Origin: Octopus vulgaris
Taxonomy: Eukaryota
Direction of reading: 5' to 3'
NCBI GenBank assembly: GCA_951406725.2
Contig: OX597828.1
Location: 19,840,001-19,904,000 of the forward strand
DNA: 64,000 bases
In this document: positions 15,221 to 29,713 of the stretch, in pieces
How positions within the stretch are numbered: position 1 is the stretch's first letter
How the letters are laid out: the number at the start of each line of letters is the position of its first letter
Program-made: the position numbers and the translations under genes
The notes under the pieces: model-generated
Database searches by the model: none
What the model was told of the DNA's origin: nothing
What the model saw: the letters and a program-made list of their open reading frames with translations, nothing else

Positions 15221-15734
15221 TATACATACATACATACATATATATATGTATATACATATACCCACGTTTGTGTGTGTGTGTAAAGCAAAGGAAAACGCAA
15301 AAAAATTTATCCACTTCTAACACCATGAGCAAACAGTAATGGAAAGAATCATTTTCGATTTTTAAGGATTCCTCTCATTGGAATGCTCTGCCAATTTTTT
15401 GGAATAAACATTTCCTGTAAACGGATATCTTTGCTAACGACTGTTATTCTTTGTCATTGCTGTTGTTGCAATTTTACTTTATTTTTTTTTTGTACTCCGT
15501 GATTCATTAAACTTGTATTTGTTTTGCATTTTATGTGGATATTTACCTCTCAGCACGGATACCATTTTATTTCTTGTATTGTATTATATATATATATATT
15601 TTTTTCTTCTTTCTGTTAATTTTTCTTACTTAGCATCTGAATAATATTCTTTGAGTTTCTGAAATTCTAAAGTGTCAACTCAAATTCTTAAGAAAGTATT
15701 ATATTCTTTTCAATTTGACATCGAAAATTGACAC

Positions 15735-15868
15735 GCTGCCGCCGCTGCCGCCGCTGCCGCCGCTGCCGCCGCTGCCGCCGCTCCGCCGCTGCCGCCGCTG
15801 CCGCCGCCGCCGCCGCCGCCGCTGCCGCCGCTGCCGCCGCTGCCGCCGCGCTGCCGCTGCCGCCGCCT
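15735..15868. repeat. GC-rich (GCC/GCT)n trinucleotide repeat
   Basis: Directly visible; isolated GC-rich tract in AT-rich surroundings. Confidence 0.9.
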
Positions 15869-16397
15869 CCGATTGCTTCTTGTTTTATTGTAAACAATCT
15901 GTCTTAAGAACATCTTATATTTAACTAAATATGTCACGAGAATTTTACTTTTCCTTGCCACGTAAACCGTTGACCCCTATTTCTTCTTTCCTACCTTCTA
16001 TCTTTCTTTCTTTCTTTTTTCTTTCTTTCTTTCTTTCTTTCTTTCGTTCTTTCTTTCTTTCTTCCCTTCATTCATTGATTCCTTTATTTCTTCTTTCTCA
16101 TTCATTTATTATTTCTTTTTTGCCACTCTTTCTTATTTCTTGGTTAATTTCTTTGTTTCTTGTTTACTGTCTTTCCTTGCTACTTTCTTTCATAGCTCCT
16201 TTCTTTTTTTCCTTCCATCTCTATTTCTCTTTCTATTGTTCTATTACTGTCTTCTTTCTTTCTTTTTTTTTCTTTCTTTCTTTTTTCTTTCTTTCTCTCT
16301 TTCCTTGCATTCTTCTTTGCATTTTTACTTCTAATAATTTCCTTTATATTTTGTGCATGTTTTCTGTACTTTAAAACTCTCTCTCTCTCTTTCACAC

Positions 16398-16435
<38 letters not shown>

Positions 16436-16610
16436 CACACACATACACACACACAGATATGTGCATATACAGCTGCAGTCACAACAAAGATACACGTGAG
16501 AGCAGGGGATGATATGCGCACGAAATATACATATCACAATCAGGGAGATTTAAAGTGTGTGTGAATACGTATCTGTGTATGTGTGTGTGCATGCATGTAC
16601 GCGTGCACTT

Positions 16611-16676
<66 letters not shown>

Positions 16677-17254
16677 TTATACATACATATATATGTATGT
16701 ACGTCTGCGTGTGTATGTGTGTGTCTGTGTCTACCTGTTTGTGTGTTTGTATGTGAGTTTGTATCAGCTAGCTGGTTGCAAAATCGAATAAGGCCGGACA
16801 TGCCACCATGTAGACATTGCTTATGACCCTATAAAATGCAAATCTAGCCAAAATCGATTTCTTCTTTCTTCCGTTTCATCCGAGGTCGATATGAAATCGT
16901 CACACTTTTTCTGGAGTCGATACGCTTGACTGAAGACTTCGAGTGGACTGCAGAAACGAGAAATAAAGTGTCTTGCTCAAGGACCCAACGCGCTACTGGG
17001 AATCGACCTCACGATCGTTAGATCGTGAACCCAATACTCTAACCACTGAGACACAGACAGACAGACAGACACGCATACAGACACACACTCTCTCACACAC
17101 ATAAGTATATAAATGTATATGATGTAGCTAGGACGCTGTATAACGAGATCCGTAGCAACTCGTAATAAAAAAATAGTATTGTTGGAATGTCCTAGTGAAG
17201 ATCTCAATAAAATGTAAGCACAATACACCTGATATAAGGATTTGGGATAGAGAA

Positions 17255-17755
17255 GAGAAATTGTGTACAGTTGTGGTAATCAGCTGCCCAGCAGATGTTA
17301 ACATGAAGCTGGAGATAAGTGAAAAAAAATGTTTACGATGAACTGTTGAGAAATCTGCTGTTAGTCTATCCAGATTACAAGTTCAGGATTATACCTGCAT
17401 CTATTGAAACACTGGGATATGTAACACACTGCCTAAATACCAATCTCGAGAAATTAGGCTCCTCAAAACTAGAAAGGAGAAAGCTGATTCGAAGACTACA
17501 AATTCAACCATCACTGGAACTGTAAACCTGTGTAAAATTTTCCAGGAATTTATCATTTAAGTATATATGAACATGTCTAGATCTGCAAGTATATGCATGA
17601 GAAGACATACATAGAACAAAACATATATATCTGCACATATGCATACATACATACAAAAATATCCTGCTGTTGAAATTCCGGTGAAGGAGTCTTGGATCTA
17701 GTTTAGAAACTGACTCTTTATTGGCAAGAAATCTTGAAATAAAACTGAATAATGA
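17255..17755 (+). mobile_element. 3' end of another REL-type non-LTR retrotransposon (R4/NeSL-like)
   Basis: Degenerate ..SCPADVNMKLEISEKK..YDELLRNL...RIIPASIETLGYV...LEKLG...IRRLQIQ, typical of a REL-LINE C-terminus, followed by a 3' UTR. Confidence 0.6.
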
Positions 17756-19237
17756 CATACATGCATACGTGCAAGTATATATAAATGCATACATATATAT
17801 ACACATATATATATATTGTGAGAAAGAGAGAGAGAGAGAGAGAGAGAGACTCAAACATATGGTCGTTCTAGAGTTCCAGTGTAATACCAACTCTGTATAA
17901 GTTCAATTTAATTTATATTACAATTAATCTGTGAAAGAATTTATTATATTTTAACGACGATTTATTAATGAGATTAATAAAAATATAAATATTGAATATG
18001 CCTACCGGTTTTAGAAAGACACTTTGCAGCAGATTTCCAGTATAAAACTTAATCACAGTTCGTATTGTAACCTATAGTTAATTTAAAACGGGGTTAGTTA
18101 AATAAAATGTATACTTTGCATATGCCTATAACATAACTTAGAAGAAATTACAAAGTTAAAAATTATAATGAATAAAAAGTATCATAAAACTTTGAATAAT
18201 GACTGTACACTTGACAAATGAATACGGTTCATAAATGTCCTATACAGATTAAGTCTATTATAAAGAGAAGCAAAGATGCTAAACAATATTATTTATAAAT
18301 GTTTCAAACATGTTCCAGCAAATTTATACGTAAGGGTGTTACTCGCTACTGTATTTCGTCTTCTGCGAAGACGAAATGTGTTGATAGCGCTTGTGATTCA
18401 GTGTCCAAGGAAATTACTGAGACACCAGTGTTTCGGCATGATCGTGCCTGTTCAGTCAGAGATACTATTCAGATCTCTGAATCGAAGCTGGAACTGCCAT
18501 TCGTAGTTGTAGAATCCGACAAATATTTCCGGTGTGTGCTGATATTAAATTATTATAAGCACGTAAATGAACTAGAATCAGAGTAATGATGTCCATATTC
18601 ATCCTTTACATGTTCCGATAAATGTGGACAAGGATATTCTTTTCATCTACCAAATTTAATATCAACATAGCATACACTGTAATGCATTTGTAAATATTTT
18701 GTTTGATGACAGCACGTGCTTCCTCAGAGACTTGGAATCTGGTGCAGATTAGCTGGGTCCTATGTGACATCTTCATAAGCTAAAAATACATCATCAGAGA
18801 TACCTAAATCCAGGTGTATACCAGGCGAAGGAATACCTGCGTACTCGCGCAAGCCGTTATTATCAGCTTTTTAAACCGAACTACGATAATACTAAAAGAG
18901 CTTCGTATGACTGGTTATACAGTGCGAGTACCAGATCATTGGTTTCCCAAAAAAGAAAAAAGAAACTATTTCCGAATAAGTGTGGCATAAATCTGCAGGA
19001 GGGCTACCGTTGGCGAATAACTGATGTAAATAGAAAAATACACCATTTCTGAATGATCTCAGTAGTTTGATACTGCATGAACCAAACAGCGCATCGATAA
19101 ACGTGAACGTTTAAAGCAGTCCGAAGCGACCGAAAAAACGGTCTGGGACTGTTTTGTAAATCGTGTATTGGTCTACCATGACATACGTTGAGCAATCGAA
19201 GATAAATCTGGTGGAAACCAACCTCATAACCACAAAT

Positions 19238-19299
<62 letters not shown>

Positions 19300-19649
19300 C
19301 ATGTATGCACGATGGTTGCAACTCAATGACCAGCAATGCCAACACTTGATTTTTCCTCAAAAACGCGAGGAGCACAAATGTGGATTGTCGGTTCTGCCAG
19401 AAACCTAAAATATTTTGCGCAGATATGTCAAAGATGAGCGACCCATGCAGCTAGGTTTCAGAGAGCTTACCATACACACTAACTCATTACTTCCTTCCAT
19501 TATAGACTTTTTTCATTGGCAGTTTCTGCCTTCTCTCGCTGCGGTCAACCTAAGTATGTAAGACGTAATGGAGATGTTAAGAGATCAAGCGTGGCTTGTG
19601 CCTAAAGCTTTTTCAAATGTGGAAGGCTTTGCACACAACCAATCCCACG

Positions 19650-20279
19650 CATACATACATACAAACATACAAACATGCATACATACATACATACATACAT
19701 ACATACATACATACATGCATACATATATACATACATACATACATGCATACATACATATATACATACATACATACATATATACATGCATACATACATACAT
19801 ACATGCATGCATACATACATACATACATATATACATGCATACATACATACATACATACATACATAATACATACATACATACATACATACATGCATGCATA
19901 CATACATACATACATACATACATACATACATACAAACATACATGCATACGTATATGCTTACACACAAAATAACAACAGGATGATGAGCTGCACATTATTA
20001 AAAATATCAATTGGCGTAAAACGCCCGCAACGTCAGACTTTCAGAATATATAGATACATTCAACTCAAAAACGCAACAGATGTGTTCCACAATACAGGCT
20101 ATGTCTGGATAATGACCTATGTAATGTTTATGTAGTTTGTTTGTATGTATGTATGTATGTATGTATGTATGTATGTATGTATGTATGTATGTATGTATGT
20201 ATGTATGAATGCATATATGTTTGTATATATGTATGTAATGATGTATGCAACCATGCATGCATACATGTATGTGTGTATG

Positions 20280-20319
<40 letters not shown>

Positions 20320-20384
20320 AACATACATATCGAATGTATGTATGTATGTATCTATCTCTCTCTTTCTTCCTCTTCCTGCCTCAA

Positions 20385-20415
<31 letters not shown>

Positions 20416-20453
20416 TCATATATATTATATATATATATATATACATTATATAT

Positions 20454-20536
<83 letters not shown>

Positions 20537-20664
20537 CATATATATATATATATACATACACTCACGCATACATACATACATGCATACATACATATACGCA
20601 TACATGCATACATACATATATACATACATACATACATACATACATACATACATACATACATACA

Positions 20665-20698
<34 letters not shown>

Positions 20699-20705
20699 CA
20701 TACAT
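19650..20705. repeat. (TACA)n/(TATG)n/(TA)n microsatellite cluster
   Basis: Directly visible. Confidence 0.9.
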
Positions 20706-21137
20706 ATCTTGCGCAGAACATTCGTGTTGGCCTTTATCTAAACATCTCGTAACAAACTAAGTTGAATATCTACATTTTTGACAATTGAATCTAAAGCGTA
20801 ATGGTTATCGTCTTGCCGAAAGCAATCACGTTTCCATGAATTGGTTACGATAAAGCCGTATACAGTATTGGTTTAGTAACTTATTATGATAACACGCAAC
20901 ATTCCGTGAATCAGTCCCAGATATCAAACATAGTAACGATATCCCCTGTCTACGATGACAAGATAGAACCACTGTCATAACAAAAGAAGATATCTTGTCT
21001 TCCACATGATGATATAACACAATAGAAGTGACCACCATTGAATACGAAAGATATACGTCTAATATGTAAGGAATGTTTTATATAAATCCATCGGTGTGTA
21101 ATATATATGTTTGTGTGTTTGCATGAGTGCGTATGTT

Positions 21138-21169
<32 letters not shown>

Positions 21170-21174
21170 CATAC

Positions 21175-21545
21175 AGGAGCAGGAGTGGCTGTGTGGTAAG
21201 TAGCTTGCTAACCAACCACATGGTTCCGGGTTCAGTCCAACGGCGTGACATTTTGGCCAAGTGTCTTCTGCTATAGCCTCGGGCCGACCAAAGCCTTGTG
21301 AGTGGATTTGGTAGACAGAAACTGTCGTATATGTTTGTGTGTCTGTGTTTGTCCCTCTAGCATTGCTTGACAAACGATGCTGGTGTGTTTACGTCCCCGT
21401 CACTTAGCGGTTCGGCAAAATAGACCGATAGAATAAGTACTGGGCTTACAAAGAATAAGTCCTGGGGTCGATTTGCTCGACTAAAGGCCGTGCTCCAGCA
21501 TGGCCGCAGTCAAATGACTGAAACAAGTAAAAGAGATAAAGAGAA
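21175..21545 (+). mobile_element. tRNA-derived SINE family B
   Basis: ggagtggctgtgtggtaag (A-box-like)...ggttcagtcc (B-box-like)...caagtgtcttct...gactgaaacaagtaaaaga; matches 40895-41298 and 62017-62352. Confidence 0.8.
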
Positions 21546-21582
21546 TATATATATATATATATATTGTTTATGGAGATAAAGA

Positions 21583-21636
<54 letters not shown>

Positions 21637-21650
21637 TATGGAGATAAAGA

Positions 21651-21696
<46 letters not shown>

Positions 21697-21702
<6 letters not shown>

Positions 21703-21933
21703 TATGGAGGACCAGCAGCCCCTCCATGCATACCAGCCTCCCCTCCCCACCCTACCAGTGTTATCCCAGGGAAAGGCAACGGCCGATACAGATTGGTACC
21801 TGTGACGTCCCTACTCATTTCTACAGCTGAGTGAACTGGAGCAACGTGAAATAAAGTGTCTTGCTAAAGAACACAATACGCGGCCCGGTCCGGGATTCGA
21901 GCTCACATCGTAAGCTCGACGCTCCAACCACTG
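21697..21933 (-). mobile_element. tRNA-derived SINE family C (V-domain-like), partial
   Basis: Reverse of the 43000-43333 copy (acagctgagtgaactggagcaacgtgaaataaagtg...). Confidence 0.75.
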
Positions 21934-22039
21934 GAAATAGCAGTCGATAATATACGACGCTATAGAATAGCTTTACTGTATATATATATAAGTGAAGGTT
22001 TACTATAGCGTCGTATATTATCAACTGCTATTTCCAGTG
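21929..22039. repeat. Inverted repeat, ~37-bp arms around a TA-containing spacer
   Basis: cactggaaatagcagtcgataatatacgacgctatag ... ctatagcgtcgtatattatcaactgctatttccagtg (one mismatch). Confidence 0.85.
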
Positions 22040-22316
22040 AATATTGGTGCATTGGTGTACCTCTATTCTATATTTATACTTTAACCTGATGGTGATTTCT
22101 TTTACTGGGAATCAATACTACTCTATGCACTATTTCATATTTTTTTCTGTATATATATATATATGGTTTGTCGGCAAAGGTAAATCGAGGGCAAGATGAG
22201 AAGAAACTAACAATAGTAATATGAACCCCAAAAATGCGGCTGTTTGCCTCAGAGGTAATCAATAATAGAACTAGCATTGTCCAGCCATACTGGTTCGCCA
22301 TATGATACACGGATGC

Positions 22317-22358
<42 letters not shown>

Positions 22359-22637
22359 ATAAATGTATATATATATATATATATATATTTGTGTGTGTGT
22401 GTGTATTAGCATGTGTGTTTGTGTATATGTATACACACACTTCCTCATATGTATGTAAAAATGGGTGTTAGTTACAGAGCAATCTTAGTAACACCGTAAT
22501 TAACTCTGAAAACATCAACGTTGTATTTATTGCTATATTCTTCTTCTTCTTCTTCTTCTTCTAAATTATTATTATTATCATCATTATTCTAATTATTATT
22601 ATTATTATTATTATTATGATTATTATTATTATTATTA

Positions 22638-22722
<85 letters not shown>

Positions 22723-23109
22723 CATTAATACTTCCATCGGTGGCACAAGTTATTTGTGAAATCTAGTGATAAACTGTAGCTAACATAAGGTAAATGGTAG
22801 CTAAACCATATTATGTGACGAACAAAGGATATTCAATTAATGGAGACTATACCCAACGGAGGTTTTTTATTGGTGTTCTACTTCACGATTCGTTCCAGAA
22901 GAGCAAACTTTGCATGAGAATGTATATGTTTGTGCGCGCGCGCGCGCGCGTGTGTGTGTGTGTGTTTGGTGAATATATCTAACGGATGCCAGCCGGCCAA
23001 CGAAGTTTGAATAATTGAAATGTATTTAACTTCGTAACGCAAAAATATTTACTTAAACTAAATTGATGCACCTACCTACCTACCTACATATGTATAATAT
23101 ATGCATCTG

Positions 23110-23175
<66 letters not shown>

Positions 23176-23198
23176 ATATATATGTATACATATATATA

Positions 23199-23229
<31 letters not shown>

Positions 23230-23284
23230 CATATATATAATATACATATATATAATATATATATACATATACACATATATATAA

Positions 23285-23335
<51 letters not shown>

Positions 23336-23409
23336 CATATATATAATATATATATTTATATATATATATGTGTGTGTATATATACACCTAGAGTTTATTC
23401 GCCCTCTGT

Positions 23410-23546
23410 TTATTATCTCGTGTTCCTTTGTATTGAAGAGCGTAGGCTCGAAACGCAAAAGTTTCTCACCTTCCCGAGCGTTAAACTAATACACCTGTTT
23501 TTTTTATACACTTGTCTTCGTCTTTTGTTTTTTGCAGGTTCCAACT
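23410..23546 (+). mobile_element. Short PLE terminus, degenerate hammerhead
   Basis: tgaagagcgtaggctcgaaacg...ttcccgagcgttaaactaatac...gtcttcgtcttttg, followed by (TA)n. Confidence 0.7.
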
Positions 23547-24319
23547 ATATATATATACAGGTATGTAATATAACACACACACATATATATGCACACGGAT
23601 AATTTACACGCAGTAATCTATATAACACGAATACATATACAGTGTTGCATACATGCATATTTATAGCTGTTCGATAGCTATATATATATGCATGTAAGCA
23701 ACACTATATATGTGATTCGTGTTATATAGATTACTGTGTGAAAATTATATGTGTGTGCGTGTGTGCGTGTGTAGACAAAATATAGATAGACAAACATTGA
23801 TGTAAATGTTATCTTTTCATATATATGTACGTGCCAAGTGATTGATGTGTCTGATTGGTGACCTTGTCGTTTTGCAACCATTCATAGGGAAATACAAAAA
23901 TCTTATAAGCACACTTGTCACTCCCGTTATTGCTTCATTGTTATCTTGTGACAATGGTGTTATATATTGTCAGTTATCGACAGTTTTTGTCATATCTTTT
24001 CAACATATGCATCTGACTTGATACGATGCCTGGCCTAACCCTACAAAATTGTCAGAGGAAGTCATAGCTGACTTTGAGTCAATCACACGGATTTGATATT
24101 TGCTTTCCCCTTGCGCATATTTCTGTCCTGTAAAACTTTACTTTACGGTATTCCGGTTTAGCATAAAGTACATCAATTTAACCAGTTGAGGTTAATGCTC
24201 CGTAAAGAACTTTGGCGCCAACTCTATCCTCCACTGACAAATGGATTCAAAAAGAAAATGCATAGAAAAACGCAATACTCTAAATTACTGTCAGTTAACC
24301 GAGTCTTAATATAGAGTAT

Positions 24320-24608
24320 GTGGAGGCACATGGCCTAGTGGTTAGAACAGCGGAATCTCGGGTTCGATTCTCAGACTGGGCGATGTGTGTGCTTATGAGC
24401 GAAACATCTAAGTTCCACGCGGCTCGGGCAGATGGTAATGGCGAACTTCTACTGATTCTTTCGCTATAATGTTCTCTCACTCTCTCCTCCTGCATCTAGC
24501 AGCTCACATGCCACGGACCGCCGTCCCGTCCAGGTGGAGAACCTATAAGCCAATGAAAGCAGGAAACCGGCCCTAATGAGGCTCAAGAAAAGCAAACAAC
24601 AACAACAA
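24320..24608 (+). mobile_element. tRNA-derived SINE family D
   Basis: ggcctagtggttag (A box), ggttcgattc (B box), (CAA)n tail; head similar to the minus-strand element at 43545-43932. Confidence 0.7.
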
Positions 24609-25232
24609 TAACATAATGTGTGCGAAGGCGAGTGGACCAGTGTTTAGGTTATTATACAAAAGACCATAAGCTTGTGAGTTAAACTCCCGAACTGGCAGCA
24701 TTTTGTATAATACTTTTCTTTTATTCTGTTATTATTTTCAGTCATTTGACTGCAGCCATGCTGGAGCACCAACTTTAGTCGAACAAATCGGCCACAGTAG
24801 TTAGCGAGAAAAACCTCATAAGGGAAAAATTCATTAATTATTCCCTTTAAATATTTTTATTTATATTAAGGGCATTACTATACATAAATGCCTCACGCTA
24901 CGAGGGACTCTTAAAGTAAAAACTACCATAGTAAACACATTGTACCGAAAGCGAGGGAATGCAATTCTGTAAGCGAGCGTTTTAAGAACAGATTCAGCCG
25001 CAGATCATATGATTTCATATATATATATATATATATATATGTATAACAAAAGCTTATGTATTTTAATAAGGTCTACTTAGGAGGTTATTATGTCCTAGCA
25101 TATGTGCAGCCTCCTTTATTACGCTAGGACATAATAACCTCATAAGCAGACCTAGTGCAGATGTGAGTAGGATATGGGAACCGGTATTAAGGACAGATAG
25201 GAAAATATTCCGGGTTGGATTCCAGGCAGTGA

Positions 25233-25313
<81 letters not shown>

Positions 25314-25334
25314 CAAATACCAAACACAAACAAA

Positions 25335-25560
<226 letters not shown>

Positions 25561-25614
25561 CAACAACATTGGAAAATACCTTAGGCATGAGAACCCAGGT
25601 TCGAAATTTCCCCA

Positions 25615-25662
25615 AGACACCTGATGAAAGCTGAAGGGTATATCAGCCGAAATGTTGTGTTT
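25615..25662 (+). ncRNA. Minimal type I hammerhead ribozyme motif with canonical core, in a PLE-like terminus (~25570-25738)
   Basis: Stem I agacac / gtgttt; core CTGATGA; stem II gctga / tcagc; GAAA then tgtt (probable CpG decay of the palindromic ACGT stem III). Confidence 0.65.
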
Positions 25663-25985
25663 AACAACAAACAAAATGAGACAATATGTCAAATGTAGAT
25701 AATATACATAATTCCTCATCTCTCAAATATAGAACTGTAAAGTTTATCGCATATTCCTTTTTCCGTCTCTGTGTGCGTATGTATGTATCTTTGCCTATAT
25801 GTATTTATAAACCGTTTGTTCTGTAAGACTATGCTATTCGCTGGATAATATAATTCATGGGAAGTGCTTCAATACAATTGTACTTAACTGTTTTCCTCCC
25901 ATTCCATCCATCCACCCATCCACCCACCCACCCATCCATCCATCCATCCATCCATCCATCCATCCATCCATCCATCCATCCATCC

Positions 25986-26052
<67 letters not shown>

Positions 26053-26126
26053 AATTTGTGCGTATGCGTGTATGTATGCATGTATATATGAACGTATGAA
26101 TCCGTGTATGTATGTATGCATTTATG

Positions 26127-26158
<32 letters not shown>

Positions 26159-26381
26159 TGTATGTGTATGTGTGTGTGTATGAGACCGCATGCGTATCAG
26201 TTTTAATGTGTTAGTGTCTGTTAGCTACTTAGAATTAAACCTGGGCATTAACGATTGAGAACTGAATAATTTTCGGCGCCAGCAAAACTTTTAATGCGGA
26301 CATATCGATTTGCTTTTTCTATCATTAACGTAATTCAATAAGGGAATCAATAAAGACAAATTTTCTCGGATTTCTTTTTAC

Positions 26382-26529
<148 letters not shown>

Positions 26530-26885
26530 TGTTTTTTTTTTCAATTTTTGTTTTGTTATATATTTCTTCTTGAACCTGGAATTTGAAGAAGTGTAGAGAA
26601 AATATTACACGTGTTTTTCAAAGAATTCTTATTTTGTCTGTTAATGCAGTTTATGGTTCTGGATGCCTCTTGGTTCTTGCTTTGTAGTTCGTAGGCAGAA
26701 TGTAACAGAGGTGAAGTATTAGAGAATTACTATTATTAACTCCGTATGTAAATGCATATGTGTGTATGTTTTATATATGTATGTATATACGTATACATAC
26801 ATATATATATACATATATAGGTATGTATATAGGTAGGTAAGTAGGTATATTCATAGATATTCATCCATCCACACACACACGTATG

Positions 26886-26942
<57 letters not shown>

Positions 26943-27540
26943 ATGTGTGAGAGGGTGTGAGTGTGTATATAAATATATGTAAGAAAATATAGATGTGTTT
27001 GTATACGAGTACGTGATTTTGTGTAGATTTGTATGTATATATTACATACAATGATATAATCACATGCAAATATATGTATATATACGTAAGTGCATAAATA
27101 TATATATATATGTGTGTGTTTGTATATGTGTGTGTATATACATATAGGCATGTATGCTCAAACATACATACATGTGTGTATGCGTGTACTCATTTGAGTA
27201 AGGAAACATATTACAACGTACTCGGAATATGTAACAAAATTATTTAGACACACACATGCAGTAGCTGCTGCATACGCACGTAGTATTCGAATATGTGTAT
27301 ATATATGATGTTCAAAGAAAGTCTAAAAAATGTACAGTATACAGACACACATGCCTGCATACACACACACATGCACCGACCTGTGAGCATTCAAATTTTT
27401 AAAGTGTATCAATTACACGAATATACATACGCACATGCGTACTTATATATAAATATACAACATATATAAATATATATATATACGCACATATATATGTATA
27501 TCATATATGTATGTATATGTATGCATGTATGTGTGTTGGA

Positions 27541-27614
<74 letters not shown>

Positions 27615-27794
27615 ATGAAGCAACAAGAATGGATAGGTTTTTAGTACAATCGTTTCATACAAGGACAGGTTTTATTAAAAGTTGCAAAAATTACAGCATA
27701 TAAACTTGTCCCGTATATATAAAATACATGTGAGTTCTCTAGACATCCTAGTGGTTGAGGCTATACTCATGAAGTAATGTAGATAATTAAGTAA

Positions 27795-27960
27795 CATATA
27801 TGTGTATGTGTGTGGTGTATTTGTGTGTGTGGTGTGTGTATAGTGAATCCTACGACACATCGATTTTTCTGTTCCCCATATATATGTATATACATATATA
27901 TATATATTTATATATATATATAATACACACACACATACATACATTTAAATACATACAGCC

Positions 27961-27996
<36 letters not shown>

Positions 27997-28160
27997 GGCT
28001 GTATATTTAAATGTATGTATGTGTGTGTGTATTATATATATATATAAATATATATATATATGTATATACATATATATAGGGGAACAGAAAAATCGATGTG
28101 TCGTAGGATTCACTATACACACACGCACACACACAAATACACCACACACATACACATATA
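27795..28160. repeat. Long fold-back inverted duplication (~170-bp arms) centred on (TA)n
   Basis: gtgaatcctacgacacatcgatttttctgttcccc...cagccattt (TA)n aaatggctg...ggggaacagaaaaatcgatgtgtcgtaggattcac. Confidence 0.88.
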
Positions 28161-28511
28161 CACATATACGAATATATATATTTTATGCTCTAGGTAAAAT
28201 TGAACTGAATGACTTTTTCATCATTTACACGTAAGGGCAATAACGAAATACATACATACATAAATGCATGCACACACGCACACTCACACACACACACATA
28301 CACACAGAGGCATATATGCATTTATATATATATATATATATATATACATATATATACATGCAATAAAGATCTTCATCCATATATATAAGTATATTCTTAA
28401 ATACATTTATCTATCTCCGTCTTTCTCTCTGTCTGCCTCTCTCTCTGTCTGTCTATCTATCTATCTGTCTGTCTGTCTGTCTATCTGTCTATTTGTCTAT
28501 CTATCTATTTT

Positions 28512-28571
<60 letters not shown>

Positions 28572-28962
28572 CCTATCTACCTATATACGTACATGCATGC
28601 ACGCGTGCACACGCATGCATTTACTCATAAACACCCATGCTTATATACACTTATTTCATTTCGTTATTTCATTCTGCTACAGTCAGCTTAGGAAGCAAGC
28701 GGCATCCAAATAATTTTGTTTTGTTCTTGCAATATTCTTTATGTTTCTTTTTTTAATTTCCTCGCAAAAACCAATATTTATGGATTTCTCGTTTCATAGA
28801 AAATATTGAAATATTCTAAATGTTCTTTGAAGCTGTTGCCTATTTTCGAAAATTCTTCCATCTTACGTTTATCTTTTGTTGGTTGGAAAACTTTTATATT
28901 CCTGCTATCATTATCACTTTTTATATTATCAATTTTCATCTATGCTAATAACGGAATATCGT

Positions 28963-29345
<383 letters not shown>

Positions 29346-29670
29346 TTTTCGTGTGTTGAAGTGCATGACCGCGTCACCGTTTGCTCCGATCGTTGGTGCT
29401 TTTTATTTCGTTAAAATTTAAAATGGATGAGTTCTCTTTGTTTCCGATTATCTACAAAGAGAATTTTCTTTCTTAAACAGTGAGTCGACTCCATTCCAGG
29501 GTTAATAAAATGTAGGTCTTTTTGTGCACAATACATTTATTTCCTGTTGCCGTGTGCTTTGATGCTAAGATAGAGTCATCTGACAGATATGCATTCCAGA
29601 AGAAAAGATCACAGTTCATAAAAAAATGAGTACATACATACATGCATATATACACGCACATATGCATACT

Positions 29671-29713
<43 letters not shown>

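Noticed and set aside
18270-19560. Possible ancient hAT transposase remnant (YTISE, VCT.G..SMT-like traces)
   Set aside because: Motifs need assumed frameshifts; too weak to call without a profile search.
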